The position numbers were made by a program, and so were the translations under genes. Shown in pieces: positions 1-10,508 of a stretch of DNA of 47,460 nt; position 1 is the first letter of the stretch; every line of letters starts with the position of its first letter. The notes under the pieces were generated by a model that saw only the letters and a list, made by a program, of their open reading frames with translations, was not told the origin of the DNA and did no database searches. The stretch is from Planctomycetota bacterium (GTDB lineage: Bacteria > Planctomycetota > SZUA-567 > H5-PLA8): contig BTVV01000042.1 of the NCBI GenBank assembly GCA_045863855.1, positions 1-47,460 on the forward strand. The letters are read 5' to 3'.

Positions 1-62
1 CCTCTTGTGCCCGTCCTGGTGTACGGTTAAGGTGGAGCCTAAGTAGAAGCGGAGGATCGTCC

Positions 63-974
63 ATGCGTCGTAAACCCCCTTATCGTCCGGTTGGCGAAGA
101 CGGCTACGGCCGTCGTGGCTTCATGCGCGATACCATCTGTGCAGCCCTTGGTGGGGCAGGACTTGCAGGAACGTTCGGCGCCATGCTGCAAGGTGCGCTG
201 GCCGCTCCCGAGACCCCCAAACCGAACCTTATTCCCGGTGCAGGCTACGCCGGCGGCAAGAACGAAGCCGACGACGCCGTCAAGACCGGCACCTTCTTCT
301 TCCCGCGCCTCAAGTTTCACGTAAAGGACCGCCGCTTCGACATTTGGGACGTCGGTCTGTCCGGCGATGTGGTCCTCCGCCGCAAGCTCCGCGAGCTAAC
401 CAACATCAATGCCAGCGAAGAGCCCGTTGTCGTCAGCCTCGACGATCTGGACAAGATGTCCAAGTATCCCTACGTCTTCATGACCTCCGAAACCGAGTTC
501 GACCTCGCGCCGAAGGATGCCGAGAACCTCCGCGAATTCCTTTTGCGGGGCGGGTTTGTGCATGCCGACGACTGCTGCCATCGCAACTGCAAGGGGCGCA
601 TCATGCGCTCCGAACTCAAGAATGGCGAGTTCGAATACATCGTCCGCGCCGAGACTTCCGGCATCGACGGCGACCGCTTCTTCATGGACTACGTCCGCAT
701 CATCAACAGCCTCTTCCCGGACAATCCGATGCGGCCCGTTCCATCGAACCACGAGATCTTCCGCAGCTACTTCCAATTCGATAAGTGCCCGATGATGCAA
801 GGAGTTGACCACGGCATGTGGGGGCTGTTCGAGAAGGGCACCGGCCGTCTCATGACCGTCGTCACGCCCGGCGATTTGCACTGCGGCTGGATGAACCGCT
901 ACTGGTCGCCCGAGAAGAACCTCGAAGGCATCAAGATGGGCATCAACGTACTGATGTACTACCTCACGCACTAA
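63..974 (+). CDS. DUF4159-domain protein with Tat-like signal peptide
   Basis: N-terminal RRGFM twin-arginine motif plus hydrophobic stretch; DUF4159-like motifs YPYVFMT, NLREFLLRGGFVHADDC, HEIF, GDLHCGW, MGINVLMYYLTH; GGAGG RBS upstream. Confidence 0.75.
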   Translation: MRRKPPYRPVGEDGYGRRGFMRDTICAALGGAGLAGTFGAMLQGALAAPETPKPNLIPGAGYAGGKNEADDAVKTGTFFFPRLKFHVKDRRFDIWDVGLSGDVVLRRKLRELTNINASEEPVVVSLDDLDKMSKYPYVFMTSETEFDLAPKDAENLREFLLRGGFVHADDCCHRNCKGRIMRSELKNGEFEYIVRAETSGIDGDRFFMDYVRIINSLFPDNPMRPVPSNHEIFRSYFQFDKCPMMQGVDHGMWGLFEKGTGRLMTVVTPGDLHCGWMNRYWSPEKNLEGIKMGINVLMYYLTH

Positions 975-996
975 CCTTTTGGCCCACCGGACTTAA

Positions 997-1030
997 AAGA
1001 GCCCCGCGGCCGGCAAGCCGCGGGGCTCTT
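997..1030 (+). terminator. Probable intrinsic terminator hairpin after the DUF4159 gene
   Basis: Perfect 14-bp stem AAGAGCCCCGCGGC / GCCGCGGGGCTCTT with 6-nt loop, followed by CGTTT. Confidence 0.65.
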
Positions 1031-1048
1031 CGTTTAGGAGCGGCCCCG

Positions 1049-1762
1049 ATGCAAAAATCCAGCGTCGACGAAATTCGCGAACGTTTCGACCGAGACGTGG
1101 AGCGCTTCTCGAACCTCGAAACCGGGCACAGCGCCTTCATGGACGCCACACTCGTCCTCGACCTGGTCACGCAAGCCGCGGCGCAGACCGCGCCTAACGC
1201 GCGCGATGTGTTGGACTTGGGGTGCGGCGCCGGGAACTACACGCTTAAGCTTCTGGAACGTCTCCCCAACCTAAACGTCGATCTGATCGATCTCAGCCGC
1301 CCGATGCTCGATCGCGCGCAAGCGCGATTGGCCGGCGCGACGAGCGGCGAAGTCCGCGCGATGCAAGGGGATGTACGCGAATTGGCGCTGGAGCCCGGGC
1401 GCTACGACCTGATCCTCGCCGCCGCCGTGCTGCATCACCTGCGCGGCGATGACGAGTGGAAGCAAGTCTTTGCGAAGTTAGCCCGCGCGCTCAAGCCCGG
1501 CGGCTGGCTCTGGATCGCCGACCTCATCGCGCACACCGATCCGCGCCTTCAAGCCCTGCACTGGCAACAGTATGGAGTGTACCTGGCGAACTTGCGCGAC
1601 TCAGCCTACCGAGACGCGGTCTTCGCCTACACCGAACGAGAAGACACGCCACGGCCGTTGGCTTGGCAGCTCGATCTGCTGCGCGCTTCAGGCTTTGACG
1701 AAGTGGAAGTGCTGCACAAGCACGCCGTCTTTGCCGCCTTTGGTGCGCGCAGGAGAGCGTGA
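1049..1762 (+). CDS. Class I SAM-dependent methyltransferase (CmoA-like)
   Basis: Motif I VLDLGCGAGN, IDLSRPML, YDLILAAAVLHHL, LKPGG; start moved to ATG 1049 behind an AGGAG RBS (ORF track start 818 overlaps the previous gene). Confidence 0.85.
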   Translation: MQKSSVDEIRERFDRDVERFSNLETGHSAFMDATLVLDLVTQAAAQTAPNARDVLDLGCGAGNYTLKLLERLPNLNVDLIDLSRPMLDRAQARLAGATSGEVRAMQGDVRELALEPGRYDLILAAAVLHHLRGDDEWKQVFAKLARALKPGGWLWIADLIAHTDPRLQALHWQQYGVYLANLRDSAYRDAVFAYTEREDTPRPLAWQLDLLRASGFDEVEVLHKHAVFAAFGARRRA

Positions 1763-1843
1763 GGTTGTTCCCTCACAGCGATTGAGAAACATCCTCAATC
1801 GCCCGCAGAAACCCGTGCCGCCATTAGTCTTCTCCGCGTGCGG

Positions 1844-4800
1844 TCAATGCCCCGCGTGCGCCGGTTCGGCGTGGTGCGCTTCCTTCTTCTCGGCGTGCGC
1901 CGGCGCAGCGTGATCGTCGTCGGCGTGATGCGCGGTTTCTGGCGTCACGTCCATCGTGGTGAAGCCCGATTGGAGCGGCATCGCCTGCTCGTAACCGTAC
2001 GCCGCGGCAAGGATTTGCGCGGGATGCAGCGTCACTTTGCCGGTCCCGTGCTCCATCTGCATCTTGCACGTACTGCACTCGCTGCTGCCTACCTTCAACT
2101 CGGGCTTAGCTAACGCCTTAAAGAGCCCGCGCCCGATCCACATCGACTCGTCGTAGTTCTTCTTGGTCATTCCGAATGTGCCCGCGATCCCGCAGCAGCC
2201 TTCGTCGATGTGCTCCACCTTCACGCCGGGAATCAGCTTCAAGAGGTCCATGCCCGGCGTGCCGACCTTCAGGGCCTTCAAATGGCAAGGCGCGTGGTAG
2301 CCTACGGTTAGCGGCAGGCTGTGGAAGTCGGTCTTAAAGGTTCCAGCGACTTTTAGTTCCGCGAGATACGCGCCGAAGTCTCTGACCTGCCGCGCGACCA
2401 GCCGCGCGTCGGCGGTATCGCAGTAGTCCAGGAACTCCTGGCTAAGACAAAGCGCCGCCGTGGGTTCGGTGACCACGATCGGATACCCCTTGCGCGCGTA
2501 GGGCACCAGCCCGGCGACGATCGTCTCGATCGTCTTGCGCGCATCGCCCACCGCGCCGTGCATCAGCGCCGGCATGTTGGTCCACGGCAGATCTTCAGGC
2601 ACCACCACTTCATGTCCGTGATGCTCCAGCACATCCACCGCGGCCTGCGCGACTTCCGGCGCGTAGTACTTCGCGTACAAGTCGGTGTAGAGCACCACCT
2701 TCGGGCGCGGCCCGGCGACGGAGTACGTGTTCTTGTGGCGCAGCCGCCAGTTCTTGAAGCGCGGCAGCTTGCGGCGGCGGTCGATCCCCGTGAACTTCTC
2801 CATGAACCAGCGCGTAATCGTCATCTCGTTGACGGTATTGACGATCGGCGCCAGCCAGCGGCCTGCGCGCGCGAAAAGCTCGGTCTTCACGAAGATCCAC
2901 TTCGAGAGCGGCAAGCGGTTCTCGCGGTGGTAGCGCGCCTTCATCTCGGTCGCCAGCTTCGGTATGTTCACGGCGCTGGGGCAATCGTCGACGCAGAGCT
3001 TGCAGTTGAAGCAGTAGTCGGCGATCTGGATCACTTCGGGATCGGCGAAGCTCCCGACCTGCTGCCGCCCGCTGAGCAGGCGGCGGATCAGGTTGGCCTT
3101 CGCGCGCGGTGCGGCGTCCTCCACGCGGTTGTATCTAAAGCGCGGGCACATATCGACTTCGGGGCCTGTCGAGCGGCAGAAGCCGTTTCCGTTGCAGCGC
3201 CCGGTCTCCAGACCCAGCTCAAAGTCCTTCCAGTTGAGCACCGCCGGCCCTTGCGCGTGAACCGCGGGGCGCGGCTTCTCGTGCGCCAGTTCCGGCGGCA
3301 GTTCGCGCGTTTCGACCCGCGGGCCGCTGTAGCCGGCCGAGTGGAATCCGTCGGAGCTGATCTTGAAGTTCGCGCCGTGGCGCAAGTTCTTCGTCATCAG
3401 GTGCGCATCGTTCGTGATCTTCTTGTCCGGATTGAGGATGCCTTGCGGGTCGAAGATCGCCTTCACTTGCTTAAAGACCGCGAAGAGCTCAGGACCGGCC
3501 TGTTTCGGAATCCACTGCGCGCGCGCCAAACCTTCGCCGTGCTCGCCGCTGATCGTCCCCCCGCAATTCCAGACCACTTGGTGGCACGCTTCGGCGATCG
3601 GCTCCAGCAATGCAACATGTTCAGGCTTCGTGAGATCCAGCAGCGGACGCAGGTGCGGCTCGCCGTGCCCGGCATGCCCATAGGCCGTGTATTCCAGCCC
3701 ATGTTTCTCGAAAACCGCGACCGTCTGACTCAGATACTCGTCCAGGCGGTCCACCGGCACGCAGGCGTCTTCAACGATGGCGATCGGCTGCAGACCGTCG
3801 TCGCGTTGATAAAGATAGGGCAGCGCCTTCTTGCGCAACTGCCAAAGGTCGGTCTGCTCCTGGGGATCCATGACCAGCCGGATCGACTGGTGCTTTACTC
3901 CGTCCTGCAGGCGCTCCTGCAACGCGCGAAGTTGCACGTTGACCGCGTCCGCATCGGGGCCGTCGAACTCGACGGCTAGCATCGCGCCGGCACCCTCGGG
4001 GAGCAGATGCGCCTTCTCGGGCGCGGCTTTGCGGCCCAGGTGCATCACCATCGCATCGAACAATTCGCAGGCGACGGGGTTCACTTCCCGGATCGCCGGA
4101 ACCGCCCGCGCCGCATCGCTCAGGGTCTCGAAGGCGACCACGGCCACTCCCGCCCGCGCCGGCAGTGGAACGACCTTTAAGACCGCTTCCGTCACAATGC
4201 CCAAGGTGCCTTCGCTGGCGCAGATCAGGCGAACCGGATCGAACACCCCGTCGGCAACCACGCCGTCGAGCAAGTAGCCGCTGCGGTTGCGCTCGCTCTT
4301 GGAGTTACGCGAGGCAATCAGGTTCGCGTGCTGCTGCAGAAGCGGAGGAATCTCGCGGTTCACCTTCCCGGCGAGGCCCTTTTCCTTCTGTTTGCGCGAA
4401 TGGCTTCCGCCGTTAAGCGTCACCGGGCGGAAATTGGTCACCGTACCGTCGGCCAGGACGACCCGGCAGCTCACCAGATTGTCGCGCGTCGCGCCGTACT
4501 TCAAACTGCGCGCGCCGCAGGCGTTGTTGCTGATCATCCCGCCCAGCGTGCAGCGATTCGAACTGGCCGGATCGGGGCCGAAGCGGAAGCCGTAGGTCTT
4601 GAGCGCACGGTTCAAGCTGTCGAGCACCACCCCGGCTTCGACGACGACGGTCCGGTTCTGGCGGTCCAGTTCGACGATCCGGGCCATGTGCACGTTCATG
4701 TCCAGCACGATCGCCCGCCCAAGGCTCTCGCCGGTCAAACCGCTCCCCGCGCCGCGCGCGATGATCGGAATCCGGTGCTCGGCGGCGAATTTGACCGCCG

Positions 4801-5002
4801 CCGTCACGTCATCCTCGTCCACCGGGTTTACGACCACCAGCGGCTCGATCTCGTAGATCGATGCGTCGGTGCTGTACAGCGAGCGCGCGTACGGATCGCT
4901 GCGCACTTCGCCGCGCACCAAGCGCTTCAGACTTCCGGCGATGAACTCGATGGAGGGCGCCGCGGTCGGCGCGGCGGTTTCGGCGGATACGGGTTCGGAC
5001 AT
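1844..5002 (-). CDS. FAD-binding and Fe-S-binding oxidoreductase (YdiJ / D-2-hydroxyacid dehydrogenase-like; GlcD plus GlpC-type fusion)
   Basis: YSTDASIY, RGAGSGLTGES, GPDPASSNRCTLGGMISNNACG, GHAGHG, ISGEHGEG; ferredoxin motifs CNGNGFC and CFNCKLCVDDCP; C-terminal CCG domain (GCCGIAGTFG, CSTCKMQ). Confidence 0.9.
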   Translation of the reverse strand: MSEPVSAETAAPTAAPSIEFIAGSLKRLVRGEVRSDPYARSLYSTDASIYEIEPLVVVNPVDEDDVTAAVKFAAEHRIPIIARGAGSGLTGESLGRAIVLDMNVHMARIVELDRQNRTVVVEAGVVLDSLNRALKTYGFRFGPDPASSNRCTLGGMISNNACGARSLKYGATRDNLVSCRVVLADGTVTNFRPVTLNGGSHSRKQKEKGLAGKVNREIPPLLQQHANLIASRNSKSERNRSGYLLDGVVADGVFDPVRLICASEGTLGIVTEAVLKVVPLPARAGVAVVAFETLSDAARAVPAIREVNPVACELFDAMVMHLGRKAAPEKAHLLPEGAGAMLAVEFDGPDADAVNVQLRALQERLQDGVKHQSIRLVMDPQEQTDLWQLRKKALPYLYQRDDGLQPIAIVEDACVPVDRLDEYLSQTVAVFEKHGLEYTAYGHAGHGEPHLRPLLDLTKPEHVALLEPIAEACHQVVWNCGGTISGEHGEGLARAQWIPKQAGPELFAVFKQVKAIFDPQGILNPDKKITNDAHLMTKNLRHGANFKISSDGFHSAGYSGPRVETRELPPELAHEKPRPAVHAQGPAVLNWKDFELGLETGRCNGNGFCRSTGPEVDMCPRFRYNRVEDAAPRAKANLIRRLLSGRQQVGSFADPEVIQIADYCFNCKLCVDDCPSAVNIPKLATEMKARYHRENRLPLSKWIFVKTELFARAGRWLAPIVNTVNEMTITRWFMEKFTGIDRRRKLPRFKNWRLRHKNTYSVAGPRPKVVLYTDLYAKYYAPEVAQAAVDVLEHHGHEVVVPEDLPWTNMPALMHGAVGDARKTIETIVAGLVPYARKGYPIVVTEPTAALCLSQEFLDYCDTADARLVARQVRDFGAYLAELKVAGTFKTDFHSLPLTVGYHAPCHLKALKVGTPGMDLLKLIPGVKVEHIDEGCCGIAGTFGMTKKNYDESMWIGRGLFKALAKPELKVGSSECSTCKMQMEHGTGKVTLHPAQILAAAYGYEQAMPLQSGFTTMDVTPETAHHADDDHAAPAHAEKKEAHHAEPAHAGH

Positions 5003-5137
5003 GCGAACGGCTCCTCAGTCAAGGCGGCGAGCTTCGTCCCGTGCGGGGCTGATTTCAGAGACTCCAAGCTAACCCCTCTACCCGTACCCTGCAATCGGAG
5101 GCGCGCGGCACCCCGAAACTCTTGCGCGACATAGCGG

Positions 5138-5686
5138 TTATGCGCCCGCCAGGATCCAATCGACGGCCTCGCCCAGCGTGCGGCTGAAGCGCTCGGGGCG
5201 GTAGCGCACTTCCATGCTCTCGATGGACGGCGGCAGGTTTTCGCGACAGAGCGTCGTGCGCACCCCGGCGGCGCGGCCCATTTCGATGTCCCGCCCGCTG
5301 TCGCCGACCAGGAAGCTGGCGGCCAGCTCGAGCCCATGCTCCGCCGCCGCGCGCAGGATCATCTCGGGACTGGGTTTACGGCAGGTGCACCCGGCATCGG
5401 GGTGGTGCGGGCAGAAGTAGATCGCATCCAGCCCATGCGCCCCCAGTTCGGCCTGCATCTTAACGTGAATCTCGTGCAGATCGTCGAGCGTCATCAGGCC
5501 GCGCCCGACTCCGCTCTGGTTGGTGACCAGGACCAGGAAGAAACCCGCCTCGCGCAGGCGCTTCAGTTGGGGCTGCACCTCCGGCATGAACTCGAAGGCC
5601 GCCCAGTTCAGGACGAACTTCCCTGGACCGGGGAATACGTTCACCACGCCGTCGCGATCCAGGAAAACGGCTTTTCGTTTGGACAT
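5138..5686 (-). CDS. gmhB: D-glycero-D-manno-heptose 1,7-bisphosphate phosphatase-like HAD-IIIA hydrolase
   Basis: FLDRDGVVN, VTNQSGVGRG, CPHHP..CTCRKPSP, VGDSGRDIEMG. Confidence 0.8.
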   Translation of the reverse strand: MSKRKAVFLDRDGVVNVFPGPGKFVLNWAAFEFMPEVQPQLKRLREAGFFLVLVTNQSGVGRGLMTLDDLHEIHVKMQAELGAHGLDAIYFCPHHPDAGCTCRKPSPEMILRAAAEHGLELAASFLVGDSGRDIEMGRAAGVRTTLCRENLPPSIESMEVRYRPERFSRTLGEAVDWILAGA

Positions 5687-5804
5687 GAAGCGGTCCTGAA
5701 CGGTAATGAAAAGCAGGCAACTTCTGGTATTCCCTTACCTTATGTGGCGGCGGCTGACAAGCCGCGGCGCCGCATGCAGGCCGGCTGCGAGGCGATTCAC
5801 GTCC

Positions 5805-7196
5805 ATGCGCGCACACGTTTTGATCGTGATTCTGGGACTCATCACGCTGGCCGGCTGCGGCCAGCCCAGCGTATCCGGCCCCGAACCCGCCGCGGCCGCG
5901 GACTTGACGGCGGCGCGGCAGGAGTTGGCCGAGTTGCGCAAGGAACTCGAGGACCTCAAAGCGCGCAGTGCCGAGAACGACAAGCGCTGGGCGGACGTGC
6001 AGCGCGCACTGGCGGAGACCAAGTCCGCGCTCCAAGCCCCGCCCGATGTGAAAGCCGCGCGCGAGATCGGCGACGCGCAAATCTCCGCGCTATTGCGTTC
6101 GAACGATCCCGAACTGGTCCGCGTGGCGGTGACGGTGATCCGGCGCGCGCCAAGCGACGTGCGGCTGCAGTCGATGGCCGAACTGGCGTTGGATGCGCAG
6201 CAGGCGCTGGGGTCGCGGCATATGGTGCTGGACCTGATGCAGGGTTCGGACGTGCAAGCGCTGGCGATTCCGCTGGTGAAGCTGCTGGACGATCCGCAGT
6301 CGTCGATGGTCGCCAAAGCCGCCGCCGCGATCAGCCGTTCGCGCGACGGCAAGCACCTGTCCGCGCTGCTGAAAGCGCTGAAGACCCTGGATCGCTTCGC
6401 CGATCCGGGACAACGCGCCGAAGCCGAACGAGGGCTGCTGGTCGCGCTGGGGCATTTGGGCGATAAGCAGGCCGCGCCGGCGCTGCTCGAAGCGACGAAC
6501 GCGGAAAACGGAGAGACGCGCCGAACTGCGCTTCAGGCGCTTCGCACGCTGGGCGATGAATCCGTGGGCCCGGCGCTGCTCGACGCGTTTCAAAAGCTCC
6601 CGCCGGCGAACAACAAGGAACATCCGCATTTGCACCTGGAATACGTGTACACCCTTGGGCACCTGAAAGAATCACGCGCGGCGGTGACTTTCATTAACCT
6701 ACTGGCCGCGCCGCATCCGGCGCTTCGTTCGACGGCGCTGCAGTATCTCCCGAACCTGTGCGGTCCCGATGCCATGGCGGCGCTCTCGAGCGCGATTCGC
6801 GGCGAATGGACGGCGATCCGCAGTGGCGCGAAGGGCGATACGAACGTGCTGGAAGTCCTGATCCGCTCGCTGAGCAATGCGGGGAATCCCCAAGGCGTGG
6901 CGGTACTGCTGGAGGCGCTCAACCAAGGCATGGCCGGCGGCCCGGGGCGCGAAGCGGCGGAAGCGCTGACGGCGCTGGCTACGCCGGCCTACACCCTGCC
7001 GATGATCGAGACGCACGGGATTACGAAAAGCGGCGAATCGAAGGAAGCGCTGGCGAAGTTATTGGGCGGCGATGCGTTTCCGGCCAAGTGGGACGAAGCG
7101 CAGAAAAAGTTCCTGCCCGACGGCGCGCCACCCGCCCCGCCGCCGCCCCCGACGGTGGCCGCGCCGCCCGCCGAGGATAAAGGCGACAAGTTTTAG
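5805..7196 (+). CDS. HEAT-repeat lipoprotein with N-terminal coiled coil
   Basis: Lipobox LAGC after a hydrophobic signal starting at ATG 5805; coiled coil; repeated ALGHLGD..AAPALL / ALRTLGD..VGPALL HEAT-like units; Pro-rich tail. Confidence 0.75.
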   Translation: MRAHVLIVILGLITLAGCGQPSVSGPEPAAAADLTAARQELAELRKELEDLKARSAENDKRWADVQRALAETKSALQAPPDVKAAREIGDAQISALLRSNDPELVRVAVTVIRRAPSDVRLQSMAELALDAQQALGSRHMVLDLMQGSDVQALAIPLVKLLDDPQSSMVAKAAAAISRSRDGKHLSALLKALKTLDRFADPGQRAEAERGLLVALGHLGDKQAAPALLEATNAENGETRRTALQALRTLGDESVGPALLDAFQKLPPANNKEHPHLHLEYVYTLGHLKESRAAVTFINLLAAPHPALRSTALQYLPNLCGPDAMAALSSAIRGEWTAIRSGAKGDTNVLEVLIRSLSNAGNPQGVAVLLEALNQGMAGGPGREAAEALTALATPAYTLPMIETHGITKSGESKEALAKLLGGDAFPAKWDEAQKKFLPDGAPPAPPPPPTVAAPPAEDKGDKF

Positions 7197-7275
7197 GCTC
7201 GTCTCGGGGCCGAACGGCGGACACTCAGCGCCGCACGAGCGGCAAACGGCAAGTGCAAAGCTTTCATTCGCGCAC

Positions 7276-9006
7276 CTAGGGTGTGGCCTTCCATTCCATC
7301 TGCGCACTTTCCAACAGCGCGCAGCGGCCTTCGATGGATTCGATCGAGGCTTGTGCGGACCGTACGAAGCCGGTCCGGGCGGTCTCGAGATCGCCGCTCG
7401 CGCGGGCGCGACGCGCGCAGTGGTACATCCAAATGCTCTGACCAACCGCGTCCAATCCGGCCGGCATCTCGCGAGCTTCCGAGCACAGGTACAGTTCGGC
7501 CAGCGCGACCAAAAGGTGATCGCCAGCCGCGGCGGCGGATTCGCGGGCGGATTCGAGCGTGCGGCGTCCGGAGTCGGGAGCGGCTTCCGCCTCGAGCACG
7601 CCCTTCCAGAATAAAATCGCAGCCTGCGCGGCCGGCGCATGCGCATAAGGCGCGGCGGATAATCGCTCCAGCGCGGAGACGGCCTCGACGCGCGCGCCGC
7701 TAAGGCGCAACGCGTGGAAATACCGCCAGCTTTCGCAAAGCGGATCGCCCAACTCGCGAACTTCAAGCGCCCCGATCTGTTTGCGCAACTCGGCTTCAAG
7801 GATGCGGTGGCGTTCGGCTTCCTGTTCGGCCTGGACATTGGCGATCAGCTTTCGGTCGTGCAACGGCACCCAGATCGAGACACCGATGGCCAGCCCCAGC
7901 ACCACCGCCAGCAGCGCCGCCCAGACGCGGTGCTTGCGCACGAACTTGTCGGCGCGATAGAGCACGCTGGGCGCGCGGGCGTGGATCGGTTCGCCGCCGC
8001 GGTAGCGCCACAGATCTTCCCACAACGCTTCGGCGCTGTGGTAGCGCCGCGCCGGATCCTTCTCCATCGCCTTGAGCGTGATGATCTCGATGTCGCGGTC
8101 CAGATCGAGGCGCAGGCGGCGCGGCGCGATCGGTTCGTCTTCGGCCACCGCGCGGATGATCTCCAGCGCGGTATCGCCGTCGAAGGGTGGCTGTCCGGTG
8201 AGCATCTCGTACAGCACCGCGCCCATGGAATACACGTCGCTGCGGCTGTCGGCTTCGCGGCTCTTGCCGCGGGCCTGCTCGGGACTCATGTAGTGCGCGG
8301 TGCCCATCACCGCGCCGTCTTCGGTGATTTTACGCAGATCTTCGCGCTCGTAGCGTCGGGCCATTCCGAAGTCCATCAACTGCGCGCGCCCCGACGCCTC
8401 GATCAGGATGTTGCTGGGCTTCAGGTCGCGGTGCACGACGCCGGCGGCATGCGCGAACTGAAGCGCGGTGCAGACTTCCATCGCGATGTTCACGGCCTGG
8501 GCCGGATCGAGCGGGCCGGCCTCGGTCAGCGCCGAGAGCGGACGGCCCTGGATGTACTCCATAGCCAGGTAGTACAGATCGCCATGCTGGCCGAAATCGA
8601 AGACGTTGATGATATTGGGATGGTTCAATTCCGCCGCTGCGCGCGCCTCGATCTCGAACCGGCGCAGGCGTTCGGCGGATTGCCCCGGCGCAAAGCGCAG
8701 CAGTTTCAGCGCCACGGTGCTGCCGACGCGTACGTTCGTCGCGCGATAGACGGTGCCCATACCGCCGCGGCCGAGTTCCTGTTCGATGCGGTAATCGCCG
8801 ATCAATCGGCCGATCCATTCCTCCGTGCGGTAGTCGTCGCGCCCGCGCTCGTCCTTGCCCACGGCCGGATCGGTATCTTCGAGCCCCATCAGGAGCAGTT
8901 CGGCGAGGTCGAAGGAGTTGGCCTTATCGAATCCGTCGCGGCGTGGCGGTGCGGCGGCGGCGCCCGGTGGCGCTTCGCGGGAAGACCCGGCATCCGTCGC
9001 GCTCAT
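7276..9006 (-). CDS. Membrane-anchored Hanks-type Ser/Thr protein kinase
   Basis: LGRGGMGTVY, VALK, HRDLKPSN, DFG, GTAHYMSPEQ, DVYSMG; one TM segment (WAALLAVVLGLAIGVSIW) then a helical C-terminus; start inferred at ATG 9006 (upstream part of the 1096-aa ORF is antisense to the sulfatase). Confidence 0.9.
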   Translation of the reverse strand: MSATDAGSSREAPPGAAAAPPRRDGFDKANSFDLAELLLMGLEDTDPAVGKDERGRDDYRTEEWIGRLIGDYRIEQELGRGGMGTVYRATNVRVGSTVALKLLRFAPGQSAERLRRFEIEARAAAELNHPNIINVFDFGQHGDLYYLAMEYIQGRPLSALTEAGPLDPAQAVNIAMEVCTALQFAHAAGVVHRDLKPSNILIEASGRAQLMDFGMARRYEREDLRKITEDGAVMGTAHYMSPEQARGKSREADSRSDVYSMGAVLYEMLTGQPPFDGDTALEIIRAVAEDEPIAPRRLRLDLDRDIEIITLKAMEKDPARRYHSAEALWEDLWRYRGGEPIHARAPSVLYRADKFVRKHRVWAALLAVVLGLAIGVSIWVPLHDRKLIANVQAEQEAERHRILEAELRKQIGALEVRELGDPLCESWRYFHALRLSGARVEAVSALERLSAAPYAHAPAAQAAILFWKGVLEAEAAPDSGRRTLESARESAAAAGDHLLVALAELYLCSEAREMPAGLDAVGQSIWMYHCARRARASGDLETARTGFVRSAQASIESIEGRCALLESAQMEWKATP

Positions 9007-9108
9007 GGGGTATAGTTTATCCGTATCCTCTCCGGCCTGACAGCGCGAACTCCCGGCCCTTTTCGGGGCCGAAAGCGGACCCCAGGCCCTCTCGATAAGG
9101 AGTCGCGT

Positions 9109-10500
9109 TTGCCCAGGCAGCCCAACTTGCTTCTGTTGATGACCGACCAGCAACGCGCCGACGCCATGGGCTGTACGGGCGGCTGGGTGCGCACCCCGAA
9201 CTTCGACCGTATCGCGTCCGAAGGCGTGCGATTTTCCAATGCGATCACCACCACTCCGGTCTGCGTGCCGGCCCGGCTGAGCATGGCGACGGGACTGTAC
9301 CCGCACAACACCGGCGTCTGGGAAAACTGCGAGCATACGCTGGACCCGCAGATTCCGACGTGGATGCAGGCCGTCCGCGCGGCCGGGTATCGCACGAGCC
9401 TGTTCGGGAAAACACATCTGCACCCGCACGTCGGCGATCTGCGCGACCGAGAGCACCTGATGCACGCGTACGGGCTCGACGACGTGGACGAGATCGGCGG
9501 GCCGCGAGCGAGCACGCGGGTGCGGTCGCACATGACGGATTTGTGGGAGCGGCACGGCCTGTGGGAAGCCTACCGGGCCGATTACGCCGAACGCTTCAAA
9601 AACAAACCGTGGGTGGTGCGACCCTCTACGCTGGGCTACGAGTTCTACCTCGATACGTACGTCGGCACTCAAGCGGCGAATTACCTCGAGCGCTACGACC
9701 GCGCCGAGCCTTGGTGCTGTTGGGTCAGCTTCGGCGGACCGCACGAGCCTTGGGATACGCCGGAACCGTACGCGAGCAAGTACGATCCGGACGCGATGCC
9801 GCCGCCCGCCCCGGTACCGCAAAGCGCCGCGAAGCGGCCGCAAGGCGCGCTGGACGCGAAGGTGGCAAAACCGCCGGGGCTCACGCCGGCCGAGATCGCC
9901 GCGTGCCGCGCCGACTACGCGGGCAACGTGGAACTGATCGACGCGCAGATCGGGCGTATCCTGCAGGTGCTCGAGAAGCGCGGCGAACTGGAACACACGG
10001 CGATCGTCTGCACCAGCGATCACGGCGAACACAACGGCGACGCGGGGCTGATCTACAAGAGCACCTTCCTGAACGGCCCGCTGCGCGTGCCGCTGATCGT
10101 GCGCACGCCCGAGACCGCGCGCGCGGGTCGCGGCCCGCAAGTCTGCACCGCGCCGGCCGAATGGTTCGACGCCGGACCCACGTTGGTGGAGTACGCCGGC
10201 GGCGAACTGAAGCACCGCCAGTTCGCGCGTTCGCTGGCGCCGGCGGTGGCCGATCCGCGCACGCGGCACCGCGAAGAGGCGCTCAGCGAGATCGGCGGTG
10301 AAGCGGCGTTGCTGACGGAAGAATGGAAACTGGCCGTGAACCAGAAGGGCCAGGCGTACCTGCTTTTCGACGTGAAGCGCGACCCCGGCGAGACGAAGAA
10401 CCTGGCCGGACACCCCGATTACGCCGAGATCGAGCGCACGCTGCGGCTGCGCCTGTTGGAACGGATCATGGAAAGCCAGGAGCGGAAAGACCGGGAGTAG
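9109..10500 (+). CDS. Cys-type (formylglycine) sulfatase, choline-sulfatase-like, no signal peptide
   Basis: PNLLLLMTDQQR, CVPARLSMATG (CxPxR), GKTHLH, GPHEPW, TSDHGE, LFD...DPGETKNL; TTG start behind AAGGAG. Confidence 0.9.
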   Translation: MPRQPNLLLLMTDQQRADAMGCTGGWVRTPNFDRIASEGVRFSNAITTTPVCVPARLSMATGLYPHNTGVWENCEHTLDPQIPTWMQAVRAAGYRTSLFGKTHLHPHVGDLRDREHLMHAYGLDDVDEIGGPRASTRVRSHMTDLWERHGLWEAYRADYAERFKNKPWVVRPSTLGYEFYLDTYVGTQAANYLERYDRAEPWCCWVSFGGPHEPWDTPEPYASKYDPDAMPPPAPVPQSAAKRPQGALDAKVAKPPGLTPAEIAACRADYAGNVELIDAQIGRILQVLEKRGELEHTAIVCTSDHGEHNGDAGLIYKSTFLNGPLRVPLIVRTPETARAGRGPQVCTAPAEWFDAGPTLVEYAGGELKHRQFARSLAPAVADPRTRHREEALSEIGGEAALLTEEWKLAVNQKGQAYLLFDVKRDPGETKNLAGHPDYAEIERTLRLRLLERIMESQERKDRE

Positions 10501-10508
10501 CCGGTCTA

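Noticed and set aside
1759..1802. Two small tandem hairpins between convergent genes
   Set aside because: 6-bp and 9-bp stems without a U-tract and no second copy seen in the window; not enough to call a REP or ncRNA
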